Shown here: positions 7,536-15,716 of the stretch, piece by piece
How positions within the stretch are numbered: the stretch's first letter is position 1
Layout: each line of letters begins with the position of its first letter
Source: Chthoniobacterales bacterium
Lineage (GTDB): Bacteria; Verrucomicrobiota; Verrucomicrobiia; Chthoniobacterales; JACTMZ01
Assembly: GCA_049315725.1 (NCBI GenBank)
Contig: JBMOJP010000002.1
Coordinates: 17,220-81,219 of the forward strand
Direction of reading: 5' to 3'
DNA: 64,000 nucleotides
Notes under the pieces: model-generated
Told to the model about the DNA's origin: nothing
The model's database searches: none
What the model saw: the letters and a program-made list of their open reading frames with translations, nothing else
Program-made: the position numbers and the translations under genes

Positions 7536-8066
7536 CTATATTTTCAAAAATGCGCTCATCAGGGGGGCAAGCCGACTGGCTTTCCGCTGCCATGATTGCA
7601 GTCTTTCGACCCGGTCGTCGAGCCCTGCGGGCGGAGCATTGCGGGGGTCCTGGACCACGGTATGAAGATGATCGAGCCGCCGGTCGGTCTCCTCCATTTT
7701 GGCCGAGAAGTGATCCCGCAGAAAACGGCGCACCAAAGCGGTCAATTCGAGTTCAGCCTCATAGTAGTCTTTTCGATCGCCGGGACGGAAGGTCCCCCGC
7801 ACCGCCCCGGCGCCGCGGAGCACACGCAACCCCTGGCTGGCCGAGCCCTTGCTGATGCCAAGCCTCCGGACGAGGTCATCCAACGAGTGCTCCTCCCCGG
7901 TGGCGAAAAGCAACCCGTAGATCTCCCCGACCGACCGCGGCAGAGACAGTTGCCGGCCGAGGTGGACGAAGAACTCGATGACCTCGCGCTCCGCCGGGCT
8001 CAGCAAGACGGCCGTCGGCAGGGTCTTCGTTTTCGTGGCGAGGGGCATCCGCGTAAACATAGGCAT
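7536..8066 (-). CDS. GbsR/MarR-family winged-helix transcriptional regulator
   Basis: EREVIEFFVHLGRQLSLPRSVGEIYGLLFATGEEHSLDDLVRRLGISKGSASQGLRVLRGAGAV. I use the internal ATG at 8066 (MPMFTRM). The 329-aa ORF-track version would overlap the divergent gene at 8172 and adds only low-complexity sequence. Confidence 0.75.
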   Translation of the reverse strand: MPMFTRMPLATKTKTLPTAVLLSPAEREVIEFFVHLGRQLSLPRSVGEIYGLLFATGEEHSLDDLVRRLGISKGSASQGLRVLRGAGAVRGTFRPGDRKDYYEAELELTALVRRFLRDHFSAKMEETDRRLDHLHTVVQDPRNAPPAGLDDRVERLQSWQRKASRLAPLMSAFLKI

Positions 8067-8171
8067 GAGTCGGAAAATTTCAATAAATCCTGAACGAAAT
8101 GAACGGCCGGTCAGGCCGCGTGTGTTCCGTGCGTTGCAGGGCGAAGGCGGGACTGCTACATTCCGGTTTTC

Positions 8172-10544
8172 ATGGAAGAGCAAAAACCGGCCTGGCACCG
8201 GCGGGAAGACTTGTTTCTGGTGCCTCCGGGCGGCTGGGTGCTGATTGCGATGCTCATGCTGGCCGTCGGCCTCGGGGGTGGTCGGCCCCTGTGGGCTCAA
8301 GGTTTGCTCACGCTCGGCATCGGGATTCTTTGGTTGGTTTGGCCGCCGCAGAAATGGCCGGGGCGTTGGCTCTTCTGGACGCTCGCCCTGTTGGCGGCCG
8401 TGCCGCTGTTGGCTTATCTCCCGGAGGCCTTCTTCGCGGAATCGCTGTGGCGGACGAAAATGGCCGAGATGCCGGCCATCGGCTCCTCCGGATTTGTCAC
8501 TCCCCAGCCGTGGCTGACCTTCCATGTCTGGTTGCTTTGGCTGGCCGGCGTAGCCCTAGTCGGGTGGTGCACGACGCAGGCGTGGGACCAATACCATCGG
8601 CACGCCTTGGCCGTCATGTTTGTCGCCGGATTCAGCGGGATCACGGCCTTCGCCCTCTTCGCTTACGCCTCCGGGAACAATCCGACACTTTGGGAGAGCT
8701 CTCACGGCTTCGGGCCATTTGCCAATCGCAACCAATGGGGGGCGGCGATGGGGCTGGCCGGGATCATGTCGCTGGCCCTCATTCACCGTTCCGTGCGGCA
8801 CAAGGAAAAGCGGAACGTCATCCTCTGGGTCCTTTGTCTTGCGCTCCTGCTCAGCGCGATCGTGCTCAATGGTTCACGCGGAGGCCTCCTCACGCTGGTC
8901 GCCGGAGGCTTTGCCTACCTGATGTTTTTCGGCCTTCTCCGCAAAGAATACCGCTACGCCAGCATCTCGATTTCGTTTCTGCTCATTTGTTTTGCCCTCT
9001 TCAGTTTCGGCGGCGGCCCCCTGCTTGAACGCTTTGTCAGTCTGCGCGACACATTCGAAAGCGGCGGCGAGGGGGACTTTCGGTTGCAGTTTTACCGCAT
9101 GACTCGCACCATGATTTCCGACGCACCGCTGACCGGCGTGGGCTTGGGAAATTTTGAATTTGTCCTGCCCTTCTACCTTGATTTCGAGGCGGTCTATGAT
9201 CGTCGGCCCGTGCATCCGGAGAGCAGTTTCCTTTGGCTGGCCAGTGAGGGCGGATGGCTGGCGGTGGGCGCAGTCGTCGCGGCCTTCGGACTTCTCGGCA
9301 CCATGGCCTACCGGGCGCGCCGCGCTCACGCCACCACCATCCGCTCCGGCGGCCTGGCCTGTGCCCTTATGCTCGTGGCCGGTTCCTTCTTTGACGTCAG
9401 CGGGCATCGACTCGGGACACTCTTCCCGACCATTTTTCTGGCCGCCCTCGCCTTTCCGGCCACGACCGGGAGGCCCCTTGGGCGCAAGGCGCGGGCCAGC
9501 CTTCGCCTCGTCGGGGCGGGGGTGCTGGCGGTTGGGATTATCTGGTTTGCGGCCTCCTTCGGAAAGCCGTTTCTTCCCGCCGTGCAAGGGGTGACGGCGC
9601 TCCGCGAGGCAGCCGGGACCGCCGAGCAGCAGGGGAAAAGGGACGAGGCGATCAAGCTACTCCGCCAGGCCGAGCACCTGCGACCGCTCGACTGGAGCAT
9701 CCACTGGTCGCTGGCCGCTTTTCTTTTGGCCAACAAGGAAACGGAAGCCGCGTGGGACGAATTCCGCGCCTCATCGGCGCTTCTCCCCTACATGCACTGG
9801 ATCATCGAGAAAGAGGGATATTTCTGGGTTTCGGTCAGCCCATCGCGGGCGGTTCATGCCTGGATGGAAGCGCTGAATCGAGCGCCCGGCGGGCAGCGGT
9901 TGCAGATGTATGGGGGCTACCTGCACACGGCCAGCAACGATCCAGCCTTGAACACTCTGGTCCAGAAGATCCGGCCCAATGATCCGGAATTCGAGTTCAC
10001 CCGCATGAGCTTCGCCGGGGAGAAGGGCGCCAACCGACTTCCACGTTTGCTCGCCATGACGAAAAACCTCTCCATCGCGCCCGACCAACTGGTTGATCCG
10101 ATATTGCGCTACATGCACACCTTTCACCAGGGTGACACCATTGATCGTTTGACCGCACAAAGCCAGCGGCTCCGGCAACTCGGCTGGCGGGTGCTGGCCG
10201 ACCGGGCTGCGCAAGCTGGACGGCTGGGTGAGGCCCTAGACCTCCACTTCCAATACGGTCCACGGCCGATCCTGCCGGCGGCGTTGAGCCGGTCCGACCT
10301 TCGAACCATTGAACGCACGGCGGCCCTGGCTCCGCTCGATATCGCCACGGCCATCGCTTACTACCAGGCCCTCGAGGCCGAGCGGCGCGGGAACGATGCT
10401 TTCTTCCAGTTAAGGCGCATCATGGAAATTCCCGGCGCCCCACCCTACGTCTGGCACCTCGCGGCGCGTGCGGCTCACCAGCGCGGGGAGAATGAGGATG
10501 CGTGGAAATTTCTCCGCATTTACAACGAGAAGACAAAGCCATGA
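8172..10544 (+). CDS. O-antigen ligase (Wzy_C)-like polytopic membrane protein with a C-terminal helical-repeat (TPR-like) domain
   Basis: 790 aa with many hydrophobic segments. NRNQWGAAMGLAGIMSLAL...NGSRGGLLTL is typical of the O-antigen ligase family. The soluble C-terminal part of about 300 aa is rich in A/L/R helical repeats. Confidence 0.75.
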   Translation: MEEQKPAWHRREDLFLVPPGGWVLIAMLMLAVGLGGGRPLWAQGLLTLGIGILWLVWPPQKWPGRWLFWTLALLAAVPLLAYLPEAFFAESLWRTKMAEMPAIGSSGFVTPQPWLTFHVWLLWLAGVALVGWCTTQAWDQYHRHALAVMFVAGFSGITAFALFAYASGNNPTLWESSHGFGPFANRNQWGAAMGLAGIMSLALIHRSVRHKEKRNVILWVLCLALLLSAIVLNGSRGGLLTLVAGGFAYLMFFGLLRKEYRYASISISFLLICFALFSFGGGPLLERFVSLRDTFESGGEGDFRLQFYRMTRTMISDAPLTGVGLGNFEFVLPFYLDFEAVYDRRPVHPESSFLWLASEGGWLAVGAVVAAFGLLGTMAYRARRAHATTIRSGGLACALMLVAGSFFDVSGHRLGTLFPTIFLAALAFPATTGRPLGRKARASLRLVGAGVLAVGIIWFAASFGKPFLPAVQGVTALREAAGTAEQQGKRDEAIKLLRQAEHLRPLDWSIHWSLAAFLLANKETEAAWDEFRASSALLPYMHWIIEKEGYFWVSVSPSRAVHAWMEALNRAPGGQRLQMYGGYLHTASNDPALNTLVQKIRPNDPEFEFTRMSFAGEKGANRLPRLLAMTKNLSIAPDQLVDPILRYMHTFHQGDTIDRLTAQSQRLRQLGWRVLADRAAQAGRLGEALDLHFQYGPRPILPAALSRSDLRTIERTAALAPLDIATAIAYYQALEAERRGNDAFFQLRRIMEIPGAPPYVWHLAARAAHQRGENEDAWKFLRIYNEKTKP

Positions 10545-11024
10545 AGTCACCCTAGGCACGCCCGATCCCAATGACGACCTAAGCGGCGTGGAAATCCGAC
10601 AAATCCGCCGCCGCCTGATCATGAGGCCGGGCTACACTTCGGGGACCTGGTCCCTGGCCGAACGCGGGGCGTCCTCCTAGATTAAGGACCTGCGGGGCCC
10701 ACCCTCTGGCCAGCGATGAGCAGAAGCTTAGTGCGGCGAGCGCCGAGATTCAACTACAGCCAACATCCAACGCCGAGGTGATCCAGCGGGTCATGGCGGA
10801 ATACGTCGAGGGCCCTACCGCCGCGGCAACTGTCATGGTGGGCGCCTCGCCCGGGCAAATTCCCTTGATCGCGTGACTCACCAAATGGTGTGCACTGCAG
10901 TAGCGAGGGCGCCTGCGCTCCCCGGGGATCACAGATCTCCAATTGCATCGTTGCGGCTCAGTTTTACCGGGAACCAAGTAATGACCAAGGAGTTCGAGAT
11001 CATCGCTCCTTGGCGCAAAGGCGA

Positions 11025-11810
11025 CTAGGTCGCTTCGGGTTCGCCAAAGAGACTTCGCGGGATTTCGTGCGTGGTTCCGCACCGCGGGCAGGAAACGCGG
11101 ATGACCTTTTCGCCGCCAAACACTCCGTCGAGATCCGCCCGCACCGCGGCTCCGATGGCTCCAGCCACCCGCTCCGGCGTGCAGCCGCAGGCAAAGCGGT
11201 AAACCCGCGTCTCCAGCGGCGGCCGGCTTTCGTCTTCGGCAAGCGACAGAACTTCCGACGTTTCGACGACGCGCAGCCAGGCCAGATCGGCATCCGGCTG
11301 CGCCACCAACGCGGCGAAGCGATCGCCGCCGAGGGTAAAAAAGCGACCGGCCCGCTGCTCGCTCTGCGCGTAAAACTCCTCGGCCGCCACCAGCAAGTCT
11401 GATCCGGCAAACTCCACCGAACTGCGCCGATGCGCTCCCACCGACTCCGAGGTCTCGGCGTGGAGCACATTGCGACCGACGCTTTTCACGTTCTCGAAAA
11501 GAGCCTGCCCTGTGACGTGTCCGGTCGGATTCTCCGCCACGGCGAACAAATTCATTCGCTCCTCCTCAAGATGCACGGTCCAAGCGCAGGTCTCCGTGCG
11601 GGGCCGCGCGGCGGCATGAAGGGTCAGCGTGGCCAGCAGCAACTTCAGCCGCTCATCCGCGCCCCCCGCCAAGACCACGCCGTTCTGCCCGAGTTGCAGG
11701 TAGAGGTCCATGAACATCGGGCCGAAGTCGGCCGCGCAGAGCAGGACATTGCGGCCGCGGACAAAGCGGCAAACCACGGGTGTTGCCCCGTCGGTGTCCT
11801 CCGTGCTCAC
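11025..11810 (-). CDS. hslO: Hsp33-family redox-regulated chaperone
   Basis: RFVRGRNV near the N-terminus, FYAQSEQR, and the C-terminal zinc centre CGC...CPRCG (CxC + CxxC). I prefer the GTG at 11810 (GTGA overlap with the upstream stop, Hsp33-like N-terminal length). The ORF-track start is 11855. Confidence 0.7.
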   Translation of the reverse strand: MSTEDTDGATPVVCRFVRGRNVLLCAADFGPMFMDLYLQLGQNGVVLAGGADERLKLLLATLTLHAAARPRTETCAWTVHLEEERMNLFAVAENPTGHVTGQALFENVKSVGRNVLHAETSESVGAHRRSSVEFAGSDLLVAAEEFYAQSEQRAGRFFTLGGDRFAALVAQPDADLAWLRVVETSEVLSLAEDESRPPLETRVYRFACGCTPERVAGAIGAAVRADLDGVFGGEKVIRVSCPRCGTTHEIPRSLFGEPEAT

Positions 11811-12355
11811 AGCTTGGGTGCAAGTTTCGCGGCCGGGTGCGCATGGCTCTGCCACCAGCGCTCAGCCACGGTTGGCCAGAGAAAAAGCACCGCGACATAG
11901 CTCAACGGCGCGATGATCACGCCGGTGACGAGGCAGCCGAGGAGCAGGGGCAGAGGCACATGGCCGAACATGGCCAGCATGTCTTTGAGGGACTCCACTT
12001 TTGGTGCCTCCCCACGAACCAGCCAGGCTCCCAGGCGATATTGCCAATAAAGAATGACCGGCCAAGTGATCGGGTTCGTCACCCACACGACCGAAATCGC
12101 CGCGGGCATGTTGAAGCGAAAGAGGAAGGCCGTGATGCCGGAGGGCAGCATCTGGAAAGGGATCGGCATCATGGCCCAGAAAAACCCGTTGGCTACGCCC
12201 GCTGCGGTCGTCTTGCGACTTGGGCGCCAGAGCTCCGGTGAAAACACCCGGTCACCGAGCAGGTGATGGAGCCAGGTGCCCTCCACGTGGCGGCGGCGGG
12301 GGATCTTTTTCAGCCAACCGCGAAGCCGCGAGCGGCGAAGGCGCATCATGCTCAT
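11807..12355 (-). CDS. DUF2062-family membrane protein
   Basis: 182 aa. SPELWRPSRKTTAAGVANGFFWAMMPIPFQMLPSGITAFLFRFNMPAAISVVWVTNPITWPVILYWQY matches my recollection of DUF2062. Confidence 0.7.
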   Translation of the reverse strand: MSMMRLRRSRLRGWLKKIPRRRHVEGTWLHHLLGDRVFSPELWRPSRKTTAAGVANGFFWAMMPIPFQMLPSGITAFLFRFNMPAAISVVWVTNPITWPVILYWQYRLGAWLVRGEAPKVESLKDMLAMFGHVPLPLLLGCLVTGVIIAPLSYVAVLFLWPTVAERWWQSHAHPAAKLAPKL

Positions 12356-12357
12356 GA

Positions 12358-12765
<408 letters not shown>

Positions 12766-12800
12766 AGGGCCAAACCCCGGGCCGGAGCCGAGTCGCCGCC

Positions 12801-13637
12801 GTGGACATTTTCCAAGCCTTCATTCTCGGCCTCGTCGAAGGTTTGACGGAATACCTTCCGGTCAGCTCAACCGGACATCTCCTGCTCGCCCAGCGCTTGA
12901 TGGGCATCGCATCGAGCGAGGTTTCCGACGCGTTCGCCATTTGCATTCAGGCCGGGGCCATCCTTGCGGTGCTCGGACTTTATCGGGCCCGCGTCGCGCA
13001 GATGCTCTCGGGACTGGTCGGGGGCAATCCGGAAGGCCGCCGTCTGGCTTTCAACCTTGTCGCGGCTTTCATTCCCGCCGCCGTTCTCGGCCTCCTGCTG
13101 GAGAAGCCGATCAAAAAATATCTCTTCGGCGGCGACGCCTGGGGCTTGTGGCCGGTCGTCGCGGCGTGGTTCGTCGGCGGCGTGGCTATTCTGGTGGTTT
13201 CTCTCATCCGCAAGCGGCGCGGCGCCACCCCGGGCATGGGGCTGGACCTCGATCAGTTGACCGTCCGCATGGCCGTGATCGTCGGAGCCGCCCAATGCCT
13301 CGCCATGTGGCCCGGAGTCAGTCGAAGTCTCATCACCATCGTGGGCAGCGTCCTCGTCGGACTTTCCCTTCCCGCCGCCGTCGAACTCAGCTTTCTCCTC
13401 GGCGTCATCACGCTGACCGCAGCCACGGCCAAGGATTTGCTCAAGCATGGCGGCGAAATGCTTGCCGCCTACGGAGCAGTGCCTCTGGTCGTCGGCTTCG
13501 CCTCCGCCTGGCTTTCCGCCGTGCTGGCGATCAAGTGGATGGTCGGATACCTCAAGAGCCACGGCATGGAGATCTTCGGATGGTATCGCGTTCTGCTTGC
13601 CATCGCGGTCACCGCGTGGCTTCTGTGGTGTCAGTAA
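12801..13637 (+). CDS. uppP: undecaprenyl-diphosphate phosphatase
   Basis: 278 aa. FILGLVEGLTEYLPVSSTGHLLL is the BacA/UppP signature. Polytopic membrane protein. Confidence 0.9.
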   Translation: MDIFQAFILGLVEGLTEYLPVSSTGHLLLAQRLMGIASSEVSDAFAICIQAGAILAVLGLYRARVAQMLSGLVGGNPEGRRLAFNLVAAFIPAAVLGLLLEKPIKKYLFGGDAWGLWPVVAAWFVGGVAILVVSLIRKRRGATPGMGLDLDQLTVRMAVIVGAAQCLAMWPGVSRSLITIVGSVLVGLSLPAAVELSFLLGVITLTAATAKDLLKHGGEMLAAYGAVPLVVGFASAWLSAVLAIKWMVGYLKSHGMEIFGWYRVLLAIAVTAWLLWCQ

Positions 13638-13653
13638 AACCTGCCGCATCTCC

Positions 13654-14094
13654 ATGGACCCCATTGCCCCGGACCTTCAATCGGTCATCCTCTGCGAAGA
13701 CGTCCGCACCGAGGTCAGCGGCATGCAGACCCTCGTCGGCGTGATCGGGGCCATTCCCGTGCCGCAACTGCCCGTGGGTTTCTACAAACTCTGCCTGTGG
13801 TCGCGTTGGTGCGGCGGGATCGGGCGATTTCATCAGGATTCGCGCCTCCTCGACCCGGACGATCAGCCCGTGGCCGAGGCCGGGATTGACTTTGAATTGC
13901 GCGAGATCGAGGGCAGCGCCACCAACGTGCACTTTTTCGGCGGCGTGCAGGTCAAGTCCTTCGGCGTCCACCATGTCGAGATCCGCCTCGACGGCGACAT
14001 GTGCATGCGTTTCCCCGTTCCGGTCGTCCGCGTGACGCAACCGCCACAGGGCTCCCCGCCCCCGCCGTTCTCGTCGCCGCCAGCGGACGCCTAG
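13654..14094 (+). CDS. hypothetical protein with a Pro-rich C-terminal tail
   Basis: 146 aa from the ATG at 13654, 16 nt after the uppP stop. MDPIAPDLQSVILCEDVRTEVSGMQTLVGVIG... ends QPPQGSPPPPFSSPPADA. The ORF-track 5' extension overlaps uppP. Confidence 0.5.
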   Translation: MDPIAPDLQSVILCEDVRTEVSGMQTLVGVIGAIPVPQLPVGFYKLCLWSRWCGGIGRFHQDSRLLDPDDQPVAEAGIDFELREIEGSATNVHFFGGVQVKSFGVHHVEIRLDGDMCMRFPVPVVRVTQPPQGSPPPPFSSPPADA

Positions 14095-14909
14095 AACTCC
14101 ACCTCGTCGCCATCCGCCGCGACCAAGACGGGCACCCCCGGGGCAAGCACCTCTCGCGCCAGCGCAGCCAACTCCTCGGTGCGTCCGGCCAGATCAGGAT
14201 GCAGATGGGTGAGCACGAGTTGCCGGATCGGCTTGTCGCGAAGAAAAGCGAAAAGCTCCTCCGGGCTGAAGTGCGAGAGTTCGCAAACCAAGAGATCACA
14301 CGGCGAGGCGAGCACGGCAGCCATGTCCTCCGGGCACCCCAGGTCCGAGGACAACACAACCCGCTTCCCCCCGGTTTCAGCGAGCAAGCCGAAAGTCTTG
14401 AATCGGTCGGTGGCTTGCGGATCGATAATCTGGCGCAAGCCGTCAAGGTGCGTGGTGGCGAACGGTATAACCTGAACCGAGGGCGCCACATCCTCCGAAG
14501 CCCCTGCGCTCCAAGGCACAAAGTTCAGCGGAAATCCAAGCAGGCTCGGCGGCAGGTAAACCGCATCGAGCCACGCTCGCAGCGGAGCGATCAGCTCCGG
14601 TGGAAGATACAGGCCCAAGGGACGTTCCCGGGGTTCGAGCCAGGCGGACTGCAGCAGCATGGGCAGCCCGGCCGTGTGGTCGGAATGGGCGTGCGTGATG
14701 AGAACGGCGTCGAGCGAGGCGGGTGAGACCTTGTGGTTACAAAGGCTCAGACTGCAGGGTTCCCCGGCCTCAATCAGCACAGAGGCCTCCGGCGTGCGCA
14801 GAAGGAACGAGGAGCAAAAACGTCCGCGCACCGGTGAGCCCGGACCGGTGCCGAGCAATAGAAGGGACCTCATAGCACTCTTGTTAAAGGTCAGGGCAGT
14901 CGCAAGCAA
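14091..14909 (-). CDS. MBL-fold metallo-hydrolase (RNase Z-like)
   Basis: 272 aa. The ITHAHSDHTAGL HxHxDH motif. Confidence 0.8.
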   Translation of the reverse strand: MLATALTFNKSAMRSLLLLGTGPGSPVRGRFCSSFLLRTPEASVLIEAGEPCSLSLCNHKVSPASLDAVLITHAHSDHTAGLPMLLQSAWLEPRERPLGLYLPPELIAPLRAWLDAVYLPPSLLGFPLNFVPWSAGASEDVAPSVQVIPFATTHLDGLRQIIDPQATDRFKTFGLLAETGGKRVVLSSDLGCPEDMAAVLASPCDLLVCELSHFSPEELFAFLRDKPIRQLVLTHLHPDLAGRTEELAALAREVLAPGVPVLVAADGDEVEF

Positions 14910-14960
14910 GCCACGGCGAGCGCTTGCCCGCAGGTCCGGTCGCCTCTAAAATGAAAGGAC

Positions 14961-15716
14961 ATGACGCGTTTCGTTCTCGCATGTTTGTTTGCCTTGCTCG
15001 TCGGCAGCGGTCTTGTCCTTGCGCAGCAGGACGGCCCCGGTCTGCCTCCGGGCGTGAAGTTTTCCGCCACGCGCAGTGCGGACGGATTTGACATGCCGGT
15101 GGGCCCACCGAACGCAGTGGGCTATTACCGTTCCCGCGGGCTCATTGTCGGCCACCATATGGGCGACGACTGGAACGGCAACGGGATGGGCAACAGCGAC
15201 CTCGGTGCCCCGGTCTACGCCACGGCGCACGGGCTCTGCATCTACGCCCGCGACGCGCGCATGGGCTGGGGCAAGACGGTCATCGTCCGGCACGTCTTCT
15301 GGGAGGCCGGAAAGTGGAACTACGTGGATTCGTTCTACACGCACATGCATCAGATTTTCGTCCGCGAAGGGCAGCAGATCCGGCGCGGCCAGCTCGTCGG
15401 CAGCATCGGGACCAACCGCGGAATGTATGTGGCCCACCTGCACTTCGAGATCCGCAAGAATCTACGCATCGGCGTTAATCAGGGATCCTACCGCAAGGAT
15501 CTGACCAACTATTACAAGCCCTACGATTTCATCCTCCCCCGCCGGCAACTCTCCGGCGGCGACCGCCGGGTCCAGGTTCCGATCAACACCTTCCTTCTCC
15601 AAGCTCGCGTGGTGGACGAATTGGGTCGCGGACCAGTTTCACAACCGGAAACACCGTCCCCCACGCTGCGGCGGGGCGACTACCGGGTGAACCGTTACGG
15701 TGACCCCGCGCAGTGA
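14961..15716 (+). CDS. secreted M23-family metallopeptidase
   Basis: Signal peptide MTRFVLACLFALLVGSGLVLAQQ. HMGDDW...GAPVYATAHG...YVAHLHFEIR carries the HxxxD and HxH zinc motifs. Confidence 0.85.
   Translation: MTRFVLACLFALLVGSGLVLAQQDGPGLPPGVKFSATRSADGFDMPVGPPNAVGYYRSRGLIVGHHMGDDWNGNGMGNSDLGAPVYATAHGLCIYARDARMGWGKTVIVRHVFWEAGKWNYVDSFYTHMHQIFVREGQQIRRGQLVGSIGTNRGMYVAHLHFEIRKNLRIGVNQGSYRKDLTNYYKPYDFILPRRQLSGGDRRVQVPINTFLLQARVVDELGRGPVSQPETPSPTLRRGDYRVNRYGDPAQ

Noticed and set aside
8067-8525. The N-terminal 153-aa extension of the regulator ORF (the 329-aa version, 7536-8525).
   Set aside because: The extension is low-complexity, would overlap the divergent 8172 gene and its promoter, and the winged-helix domain starts right after the internal ATG at 8066.
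10545-11024. tmRNA, SRP RNA, tRNA or another structured RNA in the long spacer.
   Set aside because: There is no GGTTCGAAT-type T-loop with a CCA-proximal acceptor stem, no tmRNA tag-like reading frame ending in an ALAA-type sequence, and no SRP GGAAGCAGCC core on either strand. The ORFs 10750-11082 (-) and 10890-11402 (+) have no motifs, and the latter overlaps hslO.
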